Below are positions 1-14,300 of a DNA stretch of 64,000 nt, one piece after another. The notes under the pieces were generated by a model. That model saw only the letters and a list, made by a program, of their open reading frames with translations, had not been told where the DNA came from and did no database searches. Both the position numbers and the translations under genes were made by a program. The DNA comes from Tubiluchus corallicola. Lineage: Eukaryota; Animalia; Priapulida. The stretch covers positions 31,970-95,969 of the forward strand of contig JAQGDQ010000785.1 in NCBI GenBank assembly GCA_030141605.1, given 5' to 3'. Each line of letters opens with the position of its first letter. The first letter of the stretch is position 1.

Positions 1-2457
1 AGCAACGAAAATTGTTTGAAAATGTGCAGACTGTACGGCCATATCATAATACGTGAAGACGAAAGAAATTGTGTTAAAATAATTATCTTCATGCAAGGAG
101 CCTGTTTATCACATAAATGTGTTTGAAGATTTGTGGCATCGTGTGAGGATGTCTCCAGACGTGTGGACCCATGTCATCCGTGTCACAGCACCCAAACTCG
201 TCCCAACTTTGTGCAAAAACACTTGGAGGTAGTCAGAAATACTATTACAGTAAGTAAGAGTGTGGTATTGTACATAATAATTTATCCTGCGCAACAGTCG
301 AGCTAAAAAGCTCACGGTTCAATTCTTGGTAGAGCTGGAAAGTTTTTCTGCTAGTGTAAAGTATTTTTTCCAAAGTAAAGAGCTCTGGCACTGCAGCAAA
401 ATAACTTCTAACCTACTCAGTTTATAACTAAGAATACAAATCTTTCTTTCTATGCCAGGTTGAGGCTTCTGCATCATCAACGAAGCCAAGACAATAAACA
501 AAAAAAGAAAAGCTGAAGAATGCACAAGGAATTCCAACTTTTCTTTAGCCCATCACAATGTGTGACACGTGGCTTCACTGTTCAGCCCAAGCTAAGCAGC
601 ACACATTACAGTATGGCTCAGCATGAAGCCATTCATTACCCAGCTCTCTCTGGAAGCCAGTTTCTCACTGGGAGAGGACCAGCACTTGTAGTATGACTCA
701 CACCAACTCCTGTTTGCTGATTACAGAGTTTTCTTCCACAATGACAAGTACTTGAGTGATGAGGAATTCATCACCACGCTAATATGAAGCGGCTTTTTCC
801 AATATAAATATTAGCAGCTCTCGACTTGATGCTTCACCGTTTCAGATATAGGTTTAGTGTTCACTGATAATTACAATGGGGTATGTATAATTGTACATCT
901 ATATCAGCAGGAACCTCATCAACTTGCAAAAAATCTGAAGCTTACATTCTGAAAAAAGGTGCTGTATTTGTTTTGTAAAGGTGTTTTTTCATTTTAGTCT
1001 TTATGTTTAATAATATAAGCAGTATAGCCTTTGCAACTAGAATGTAGCTCGAATCTTAATAATTATGTTAGTCCATTGTCAAAACTACTTTACCGATTAA
1101 CATCTGTTTGGCTAAACTAAAGAAACTGGCAATCCAAAAGAAAAAAACAAGGAACAAAAGAGCTCTCTCGACCGGTTTCAAAGTTAGATACACCTTATTT
1201 TTCTCCCTCTGCACATTTTTGTACATTATTTCACATATATGACCTCTTAGTTCTTAGAGTATCCTTGTCCAGTAGTTTTGTCCAGCGTGTAACAATGACA
1301 AACATAAAAGACAGACGCACTGGACAAACTTTAATGTACATGAAAGAGTCAGCTCTAGGAATCAACAGATGTGATGAAGTTTCATCAAGCATGCACTAGA
1401 CATAAACCACCTCTCATTAATAAACAAAGTAAAATATCAAGTCACTAACACATTAACTTCACTAAAATTTATTTTTCAAACTTCCACATAAATCATTATT
1501 GCATATTAGTGCACACATTGGAGACAAAAAGGTCAAATTCGTGCCAGTTCTACTAAGCTAAGAAACGTAAAAAAGTGTGAATCTCAATAAATGAAGTTTA
1601 CAGCAAGCGCTATAAGTAAATGAATGAACATGGCAACATACAGGTGGCTTGGTATACCTGCGGCAATTTTTTAACGACTTACGCAGAGGGCAAGAAATTA
1701 GTGGATACTAAATCCTACCATCCCAAGGATACCTGAAGTTTGTGGACACGTGAATTATATGTTTCCAGCTGATTCATCGCACTAAAGGCAACATACCTAT
1801 AGAGCCAATTATATTCGCTTTGAATCACAGCAGACACATTTCCAACTAAATAAAGGACTATATTATATTGTACGTAGGAAATTTGATAGTTCTGTTCTGT
1901 CGCTGCAGTTTACCAATCACTTGTACATTTCTACCTTCTCATTTTGCAGAATCTGTCTTACCATCAGCAGTGGTGGAGAGAAATTTTGAAAAAAACTGTA
2001 ATTCGATTATAATTCGATACCACAATTGATCTTTTGCAACAATTTTTTCAGACGTATTCTCAATAATTGCAGTGAAATGCAGCCTATAAACTGCTTCACA
2101 GTTTTCGTCGCTGTCTACCACCTTCTGACCCACAAACAATTTTCCCAGACATGCACCACTGTTTTGTTAACTACTCTATGACTACGTCACTATACGTCAA
2201 GTGAACAATGAATTTGAAGCTCCTAGTTTGCAACACAGTACTTCACAATCATACACATTGCGTAGTAAAGTGCAAAAAACGAAAGAAAATGCAAAGATTC
2301 AATTTATTTGTGCTAAAACAGTGTCTTACTTCTAGTCAACACATATGTGTTACTCTCGCATTAAATGAATTACTGTTCAAATGCTGATTATATCAATTTA
2401 TACATAGTTGTAATCAGGATTAATTTAGTTAATCGGTTAATCGCCCACCGCTAATCA

Positions 2458-3740
<1,283 letters not shown>

Positions 3741-6394
3741 AATCGCTTATTTTCGAGCAACCAGCGACGTCAGTAAATTGAGAATCACTAAGTATTCAGC
3801 TATTCATCATGTCTTTGTTATCTACAAATAACAGTGTATGAAATAACTAACAGTACTTAAACTGAGCGTAAACGACCACTAGTGTTTGTAAGAAATGCTT
3901 CGTAAATACTGTCATCCGAAACTGCTGAGCGATATGTTAAAGCTGAATTTAAAAAAGGTAATGTTATAAAACTGAGTTTTTATCACGTACGTTACTAACA
4001 CACATAATAAAAAACACATATAACTTCCTTAAATTTACTGAGAAAGTATTTTGTTCACTACTTGCTGTGGCATTTAATGGTATGTTTACACTGCAGTGAA
4101 GTATTAGCAAAAAGGCAAAAACAAAATATTGCTACATTTGTCATGTAAAAAGCTAACATATCTAAAGCTAGTGATATGCAGGTCTATGTGTCAACCAGGA
4201 CGATAATGAAAGGCTTACTGACACTGATTCATCTACTAATTTTGATAAGCAACTGTACAAATGCAACCTTTTACACAGCATTCTTATGACTTATCACTTC
4301 TAAAGAAAATAAACGTGTTTCTATACAACTTGTTTGCTATCCTAAATAAAAGTCAAGTCATACCAAGGAAACATATTATTTACCGACAAGGTTTCGGGTA
4401 AAATAAGAGTACCGGTACACGCCTTGTTCAGTTTTCGCTACCAAAACATGAAACGTTTTCTTCACAAAATCCACTCTCTCTAGTAAAAATCTGTAAAACC
4501 AATACTCACGTATAACTTCCGATGGCAATGCAGTAAATAACAAGGTATCATTTCTTTATCACTGGGATTGGTCGGGTTCACTATAATCACATTTTTCCAC
4601 ACTGACTGCACAATTACATAACTATTTCTCCAACATTAGACAGCGGACATGTTTGCTCATTGTATGGACGAAATGAATTATGGGACATGGGTGGCGAGAT
4701 TACTTCGCCACCTATAGTGAGCAAATTAAAATAAAGTTAATGTTGCCAGCCAGGCCAAATCTCTGATATTTTATCAATCAAAGCCTGCAATTTGAAATCA
4801 GTTATCTTCCATAAATAGAAAGGACTATATAATGTAATATTACGTTAAAATTCACAGTCAAGGAATATAAAACACCGATGCGAAATTGAGGAAAACACCA
4901 AAAGACTTGCTAAGATTATTCTCATAATTTTACCAATCAACAGCGGTAAAATTCATTCAATCTTGCTGTCCACCAACTAGATCTCAACAGTCTTTTACAG
5001 ATGGCAAAAAACAGAAAATGCGATACAATTTTCTTTCGCAACCACTTTGCGTTTTTTTTCTGTTTTAGCATGCATCTTCTGTATCCAAGTGAGAATGTTC
5101 ATTTTACCAGGCAAATGTGTGGCAACTCATATACGGAAAATGTTAATGCAGTCTGAATGTCATTTTTTATGCGATAGCATTATCGATTAGCTGATGACAC
5201 AAACAACAGGCCTACTCCACTTATCAGGCATGAAAACATACCTTGTCAAATCATGTCAATCACAAAAGGAACACAGTAGTTAGGACCAGTTATGCTGATT
5301 GCAAGGAATTCTTTAGACAGGTTATCCTTTGAACTCTCAGGTTAACTAGTATATGCAATGAATTAGCTCATAAAATAATTATTGTAAAAAACCAGCCTGA
5401 GACTGTCTAGAATCACCAAGAAAACAACAAAAAAACAAAAATTGTCTTTATCAGATTTATTACCAAATTTAGAAATCTTGCACAAATGTGTTAATTTGTA
5501 ATTAAGAACCTCGTTGTGGCTCAAGTGTGCTCAACCAGATCTTAAGTACAACTGAGGCATTTGTCACACATGCAGCCATAACAACCCTCATACATTACCC
5601 ATGACTAGCAAGTTTTAAAAATAACTGCAAATGTTACAGAAAATGTCACGGCAGTGCTGCACGTAAAACTGCAATTTTTGCTATTGCTCATGACACTCCT
5701 GTATGCAAAATTTACCATGTTCCAGTTAAAAATGCATTTTATGCATCATGCAATTACTTGATGCAATACACTGTACATAGCCTGATCATACAGGCATACA
5801 ATACATCACAGAACAAACCGTCTCTCATATGAGAAACATTCTTGAGTATTTACATTATAATATACTGTATGTACAAATATATACAAAAATCATAATTATA
5901 TATAGTTATATAATTGTAATAAAGTGTTTAACACTTTCACAGAAAATCGCAATTAGTACTAGTTTTAATTTTTTGCAATCAAAACAATCTACCAATAGAG
6001 AAATGTCGTTCTTTTTATTGGTTTTGGTTTTCTGGCATAAATCATGTACACTCAAACATGATTCATTTGATCTGCGTCTGACCTAACCAATGACCACAAA
6101 AGAGAAATGAATAGTACATCCACACACAAGCTGATTTAAATAAGGATAGGGACCACAACAATGTATGAAACATTGTCATTGTTTGCCTTCTGTATGTCTT
6201 CACCATGCTCTAGACAATGGCACATATTCTCTGCCATAGTTACTTAAAACATTGATATCAGCTTGTTGCGTTAATAAGCTATTTTTCTTATGCATGTTCA
6301 GCTATTGTGACCACAATGAAATTGACACTCTGCAATGTACACTGACGCAATTCTAACAACACGTTTCAAACTGTCTCTCTGTGATAATGGACAG

Positions 6395-6546
6395 CTAAGT
6401 TACGGAGCACTTTCTCACTGAAACCGGAGACACGTACACCTTAACGGTATTGCTCAGTTCGATGCCCTCTTGTAGATTTTCAGACTGCTTAGTCAAGTCA
6501 GTGTCTAAAGGAAGGTATGCGACACACAGTTCCACATGACACGCTT
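6395..6546 (-). CDS. INTS4: INTS4 exon 18 (last coding exon)
   Basis: [11 protein letters not shown]...[16 protein letters not shown] then stop. Confidence 0.9.
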
Positions 6547-8304
6547 CTGAAAATGCAAAAACCAAAATTTCAGTGGCACATCCCAAAGTAAAAACCCAAA
6601 AGTAAATAAACGAAAGACACTTTTTATCACCTGCCCTACATAGCCTGTTGTGTTTGTTAAAGACATTGTGCAGGAAAACTGATGATAATTGTAGAAGACA
6701 TGCAATACAACAGATAAACTGTCATACATGTGCTTGCAAATCAAAACCGTCCATAAGTCGACATAGTTAAAACTATGTTGTGGTGCTTCAAAGTAGAATG
6801 CACCAGAAATTTGGTCTAAAGTTCATTTTTTTGTTTTTTACAAAAACAAATGCTAAATGTATACAACTTTTATATTCTGGCATGAAATTATCAAGAAAAT
6901 GTTCAAAAATACTAAAAATCTAATTTAATCACTCCAAACCCACTTTTCTGTTTATAAACTAGTACTACAATTATAAAAAAAATTGCATTTCCAAACTCCA
7001 ATAATATCTCGTGGAAGCACTCATTTTGCTTCAGTTTTTTCCGTTGCCAAGCCCAGGTCTTTGTCAGGAAAAGCCACCTACTGGATTTAAATATAACTTC
7101 AATGGGCTTCATGCAAAATCCGTATCACCAACATTTCTGCGGTTGCTTAACGTTTTTTAAAAATGTGACATAAAACATTGGCAAACATTAACAATGATTT
7201 TCTCAAGATTGTTTTTTCAGTGAGCAGCCTGCACCTCAACTTCAACGTGGATTACCTCAGCTTAGAAATAACATAGAGCGATGAGCTTGGTATCAAAATG
7301 ATCCTGATGAAATGGAGATTCAGGAGATGTGAATAACTAGAAAGCTTAATTGCTGACTTGTGGACGATTTTGTTATGCAAACACACATATATTAAGTACC
7401 ACAGATTATCCAGATTTATTTGTCACCATCTTAAAATACAAGGCAAAATGCCTAGATGGAGACACAGAAAGTTGGAAGGATAGCCTTCTTAAATAAATGA
7501 ATTTCCTCTAGCACAGCAGACTGCCATTGCTAAAAAATTTGCTTGCAAAAAGACTGAATGGTAATGGCTGATAAACTCTTTTTTGAGTACCAATTTAAAA
7601 CTTAAAAATTTAAAAATTTATTGAAGTCAGATATTCGCCCATTAGCATGTAGGTCCATTTCCTCAATTAGAAGCCACCATAGCAAAGGAGATAAAGATTT
7701 AGAGTCAAAAATAAGGTGAAAAAAATGTCATAAAAATGAAACACTGTCAGAAAAGTGGTACACAAAGCTGAATGTTGTTAAAATGAATCATCTTTAAAAA
7801 AAGTTAAGCAAATAACTATTTATTACAAAAATTAAACACATGAAAACCAAAATTATAACACAAGTAACATTTTACAGGTACAGAAATGTTCATTCAAAGG
7901 CTTCAGCAATTATTTACCTGTCCAGACTCCATGAGAGAGGCAGATGCAAGTCACCAGTCTATACTGGCCATCTTTTCGCTTCTTGAAGTCAGATATTTTA
8001 GGAATCAGAAGATCCACTCTTTGATCAGGATACACAACCTAAACAAAAATCATTTTCTTGACGGTTTTCAATCCTTGTGTTGAAAATATTGAAGGTCTAA
8101 AGGCATATATGCAATAATAACCTTAAACGTGTTTCCTGTTTTTTTTAGTAAGAATGGAGGAGAGGGGGAAAAAGAGAGAGAGGCGGGAAAAGGGAGAGAG
8201 AGAAAGAGAGAGAGAGAGAGAGACAGAAGGAGAGAGAGAGAGAGAGGAGGAGGGAGAGAGAGAGGGAAGGAGGGACCAAGAGAGAGAAAGAGAGAGAGGG
8301 AGGA

Positions 8305-8375
<71 letters not shown>

Positions 8376-11300
8376 GAGAGAAACAAGGAAAAGAACCAGG
8401 TACATAAGCAGAAATGGTACAATTCACTGTATCAGAATTTCTACTTGCCTTTATACGAACACAACGGACATCAACTATATTATCTAACATAATGTCCATG
8501 TGTACAGGTAGTGTAAGCCCAGCAGTAAACTTCAGCGGGTTGTCCGACTCTGTACTGGGATGGACGATCCGTGCAGAAGACTGTTTCACATTACTAGATA
8601 CAGTCAGCATCGATGGTGAGTGTTCAGACATTGCAGATTGCAGCATCGTCCTGACGCCGCCCGTATCGTCAGCATCCAGTTTTGGAAACTCGTCGAACAC
8701 GGACTGAATGAAGCCGTCGGGACTCACATCGAGGTCGAACAACGCTCTGTAACAGGTAGACACATATCAAACTACTACAGCCTTTAATCTTTTGTTCTGG
8801 ATCAAAAATGGTGATCGATGTATTTGATTACTAAAGTAATTTGCATTTTGAGTAAAGAACGTTTTCATTTTTCACACAAAAAATTACAAGTAGGATTGAG
8901 ATAGTTAGGCTTTTTAACTAATCGTTCAAACGTCATTAACCGTTTAACCGTTCCTGATGACGTCGTTCATTCATTCCTTGCATAAGTAAGCGGTGCGGTT
9001 CAAATCTAGCATGCACCAGCGAGAATGTCCAACATGGCGGCATCCTCGTAACATACTCGAGTGAAAAGGTTTTTGCAATTTACCATTTAGATGCTTCTTA
9101 GGCAACCCGATTAATTGAAACAATGTTGTAAATAGTACAATTTTATGTAAGCAGGGCATTGCTAACTGTATATTTCAACTCCGAAAAGATACAAGGTTTC
9201 ATTAATACGTAGAAAACTTGGCTGAGTGACAGTTAAACGTCTCAGCCTCAGCGCTGGCATAAACGGTTAACCGTCTCAGCCTTAGCGCTGGCATAAACGG
9301 TTAACCGTCTCAGCCTTAGCGCTGGCATAAACGGTTAACCGTCTCAGCCTTAGCGTTGGCATAAACGGTTAACCGTCTCAGCCTTAGCGTTGGCATAAAC
9401 GGTTAACCGTCTCAGCCTTAGCGTTGGCATAAACGGTTAACCGTCTCAGCCTTAGTGTTGGCATAAACGGTTAACCGTCTCAGCCTTAGTGTTGGCATAA
9501 ACGGTTAACCGTCTCAGCCTTAGTGTTGGCATAAACGGTTAACCGTCTCAGCCTTAGCGTTGGCATAAATAACCGTCCTCAGCCTTGGGTGTTGGCACAA
9601 ACGGTTAACCGTCTCAGCCTTAGTGTTGGCATAAACGGTTAACCGTCTCAGCCTTAGTGTTAACATAAACGGTTAACCGTCTCAGCCTCAGCGTTAACAT
9701 AAACGGTTAACCGTCTCAGCCTCAGCATTGGCACAAACTGTTAACCGTCTCAGCCTCAGCATTGGCACAAACTGTTAACCGTCTCAGCCTCAGCGTTGGC
9801 ACAAACGGTTAACCGTCTCAGCCTTAGTGTTGGCATAAACGGTTAACCGTCTCAGCCTTAGTGTTGGCATAAACGATTAACCATCTCAGCCTTAATTACA
9901 AGTAGAACAAATTGATAACATTTATACAATGGTATTTTGCTTCCAGAAATTATAATTTAGCTGCATATGCAAATTTTAGTCACAGCTTCAAACGGTTTTG
10001 AGTTGAACTTCATATACAAACTAATATGATAATTCCATCCTCGCAGTCATACACATTATGTAATCAGTCCTAATTCTACTGCTTCCACAATCCGTGCTCT
10101 ACTTAAATTATTTTTATCTCCCTCTTGTCCCACATCCTAATATTTTCATTTACTCTCAAAGACCAAGTATTTAATCTCAGACGCTATACTTACAAATTGA
10201 ATAGCTGCAGCAGGATCAAAATCTAGCTCATCATAACAATATCTCAGATAAGACAATAAACTGGATGGTGCAGCTCAATGGTAGCATGCCCAATTCCCAC
10301 CCAGGAGGTCGCAGGTTCAACTCCTGATTGAGTCATACCAAATACTTGAAAAAATAGTACCGCTGGTTCATCGACTAAGTACGTGTGTTTATTGAAGTAA
10401 CACGTGGGTAATAATAATTAGAAGCGCTATGGAAATAACTGTTGAGTTACTTAAGATGTTATCACCGGATTATGCTCTAAACAGAAACATTTATTATTAC
10501 ACTGAAATAGAGGCATGTCTTAGCCACCAATCATTGAAATGAACTAGAAATTACCTTTGCAAACTTTTCATCTTGTCCAAGTAGTTCTGACACAACATGA
10601 CTTTACTGATGTGTCGCTGCGTCGTTTGCAAGCCGACAAGAAGTTGAACAGAAAGACTCCAACCCCACATGCATTTGACGATGCTCAGCTCAGCATGCGT
10701 CAGATTCAAGAAGATGTGCTCTAACTGACATGTCAAATCAAGTATCTATGGAGAAAAATCACTGGCAAATAGGTACACAAGTAAATATTCTACAGAAAAT
10801 ATGAGTGACTGCAACCTTGTTATAAGAAACAAAACACATAAGATGGATTAAATCTAATCATTACATTTTTAAAACCAAATTTAACAGAAAGGAAGAAAAT
10901 GTGAAAAAGTTAAAGTTGGATTTGAACCAGCCATCTTTAGATCACAAGTCAAATGCTAGAGCTATTAAACTGCATAGGCCATTGCGATCATAGCAGGTCT
11001 TAAATCAATCCTAAAACTTGCCAACAAACACAAACATTTTACGTCTTAATATGCTCGGGCTGGAACAACAAAAACTAAATTACATTTTAACACAAAATAT
11101 ACACAACATACGAACTAGCAACACTCGTGTTTATTGCACAGATGAGTGAAAAATTTTAACAAACTACACAGAGAATACAGGTCAGACATACATTAGTCGA
11201 CAGCAACTTACAAGGACAAAAACCCTGCTGTTGCAGTAGTTTTAATTAAGAAAGTTCACATAGGTAGTTGTCGACTTACAACCACAATACCCCCTGGCGG

Positions 11301-14300
11301 ATTGATCACAAGACGAAACAGATGCAAATAGATCCAAAAATGGTGCGCCACTACAGCAAGACGTTGTGTGTGTATGTGCACTAAGTATGGCAGTATTTGT
11401 TTAAAGAAATAGAGAGAAATATGACTTATAAATTGGTTGTGTATAATTAATTAAATTGCAGTCGGATCGTACAATCGAACAGTCATCAGTCACATGTTTT
11501 GAAAGTGGACGGCTACCTGTAGTGCATAAACCGTGACACTAACCTCAGTAAGACCAAGTAATGAAACTGAAACTATGAGTGGTTAAAAGATGTCTGGCAC
11601 AACGTATGACATGCACGAATCATGAAGACTGTGCTTGCACAACAATCCTCGAACCCGACACATCACTAGTTATTTGGCTGTTATACAATTTTTTAATTAA
11701 AAAGTTAAAAGTTAAAATCATGCCAAATGTTTCGACTGCCTGCTGCTGTCATCATCAGTGGTAAATTTCCAAACATACAAACTTTTTATATAGGCACAGC
11801 CTATTATGCACTAATTAAGTTAGTTAACAGAAGCCAAATAGACAAATTTTAGAGTTAAGGGGTTCAATATTCAAAAACCCTCCTCCACAAAAAACAAGTG
11901 ACTTTAAAATTTCATTCTAGAAAACATTCTTATGTTTTATAAAAAGAAAAATCAAACCAGACGACTTAATGGCTCCTACCTTGTGCAATATTAAACCCAG
12001 CACCACATACATTCTAAAAATCATAAACATTAGACATAGACAAACGTGTTTTACCTTTTCAGCTAAGAAGGTTGCCACGGAATTCTCTTGCAAGCCAAAC
12101 TCGACCCTCAGTACGCCGTTAGCACCTAGCAGGGCTTTGTGTAAGTACAACAAGCATTGAATGTAAAAGGAAAGACATTGAGCACGTGCAGACAACTCGG
12201 GTTCAACCTTCATTATACACTGAAGATCCCTGAGAAAAACAAAAGAAAATTCATATACAGTGGAACCTCGACTTCTTACGAGAACCCTATTATACGAAAA
12301 ATTTGGAATAAGAAACAGGCTTCGAAGAAATTTCGTCCCATTTAACATATTCGAGGTACGAAAACGAAAATCGAAAGTGCCGCTCGACAGCGGTCCTCCT
12401 AGAATGCATTTCGTAGCATCACGTGAACGCTTTGTTGTGCGCAACACCTGAACGCTTTGTTGTGCGCAACACCTGAACGCTTTGTTGTGCGCAACACGCG
12501 AACGCTTTGTTGTGCGCAACACGCGAACGCTTTGTTGTGCGCAACACGCGAAGGCTTTGTTGTGCGCAACACGCGAACGCTTTGTTGTGCGCAACACGCG
12601 AAGGCTTTGTTGTGCGCAACACGCGAACGCTTTGTTGTGCGCAACACGCGAACGCTTTGTTGTGCGCAACACGCGAACGCTTTGTTGTGCGCAACACGCG
12701 AACGCTTTGTTGTGCGCAACACGCGAACGCTTTGTTGTGCGCAACACGCGAACGCTTTGTTGTGCGCAACACGTGAACGCTTCGAAAGGTAAAGTGTCAT
12801 TATTGTAACATTATTATTTTTCATTGATTTTATTACTTTCTCATTGTTTTTTTACATTTATGTAAATGATTATGCTGTCATTAACGAACATATTTCTTTC
12901 GGGTGGGTACAATATTTACACTTTATATGACTGTTTTCGGGGAGGGGGGCTGTAATGAATTACGCCATCTATAGGGTAAATCTTGTATCATAATACGAAA
13001 ATTCTAAGATACGAAAGCCCCTCCAAAATGAGTTAATTTCACATCTCAAGGTATCACAGCATTAATCTTCTAATTATGACTGTTTTGAATAAGCCTTTTC
13101 ATAGTTTCGTTGTGCACACGCGCAGTTGCTGTAGGTCAAAGGTTAAGTCTACCACAGCAACACATCTTAACTACAACCGTAACGTGACATGTGTGTAAAG
13201 CAAAACCGTTGACGCTTATGGTTCAGTGCTTCAGTTGTTTTACGTGGAGTTTACTTAATTATGCATTAGTCTGTACGTACAGTGATTTACTATCAGGATT
13301 TTGCTTGCAAACAAGAAAAAATGAACTAGGTAAGGTTCCAGCTAGCTGTTAAAACTGATATTATTACAATAGCATGAGCTGCGAGGCGTAGTCAATTGTA
13401 CACAAATGCGTTGTCTGGTACACTTAACCTTTGACCTCTTCACGATCATCATCAATCGTTGTGAAAGGCTTATTGTTTTGAAATAAAATTCTAAACAGCT
13501 ATTATTTTAGAGAAAAAACTCAAACGAGGCATTTTTCTTTTTTAAACAAATAATTTACTTGCAAAGCTTTTCCTTATTACCGCACACAGGCAGAGAATGA
13601 AATGTGATGGAGTAACGTGACCTTATTTTTCTGTCATTTGGTTTTGTATTGCACGACGTGTATGTTCACAATTTAGTATCTCTCTTGTTTCCTTTTCAGA
13701 ATGTTGATTTTTGCAATTTTTACACATTGTATTTTTTATTGTATGAACATGACCGATCAAAACGCTGCAGATGTTTGCGACTGAAGAAAAACCTTGTCTT
13801 TGCTTAAATGTGTGTTGGATGTTATGTTCATATTAAGAAGTTGTTTTTCCAATCTCCAATACTTTACTTGAAGCAAGCATGGATTAATCTCTATAGTATT
13901 GCAATAATCACACTGTACTTGCTCTCAACGACATTATAGCAATACAACACAGTTTTACTTACTCCAGGGATGAGAATAACAAATTGCAAAAAACTCCGAA
14001 ACAGGCCGGGGGTTTAGGGGATGTGTAGGCCCCTGTGGGGGTTCAAGGGGGGAGAAGCCCCCTTGGAGCTAGCAACAAATTGCAATTTTGTGACCATAGA
14101 GAGCCTCTAAGTGGACTTAAAATATCAGTTACCTTGTTTCATGCATAATTTAAAATACCCAACTATCAAGGATACATGATACCTAATTGTCTCAAAAATG
14201 TCTAAGTACTGGCCGCTCCTATGCAAAAGTATATAAAAACTGTCTGCAATTGACTCATATAACTCCGCACAATTGATTCTATATTTTTATACATAGAGAT

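Noticed and set aside
8123-8492. ER-repeat and SL-repeat ORFs
   Set aside because: Translations of a (GA)n microsatellite.
9237-9894. CRISPR-like array (34-bp palindromic repeats)
   Set aside because: Units are head-to-tail with no unique spacers, there are no cas genes, and the context is a eukaryotic intron; explained as an amplified MITE end.
11917-12824. Overlapping long ORFs ([22 protein letters not shown]...)
   Set aside because: Artefacts of a stop-free 25-bp minisatellite; only 12055-12229 is a real INTS4 exon.
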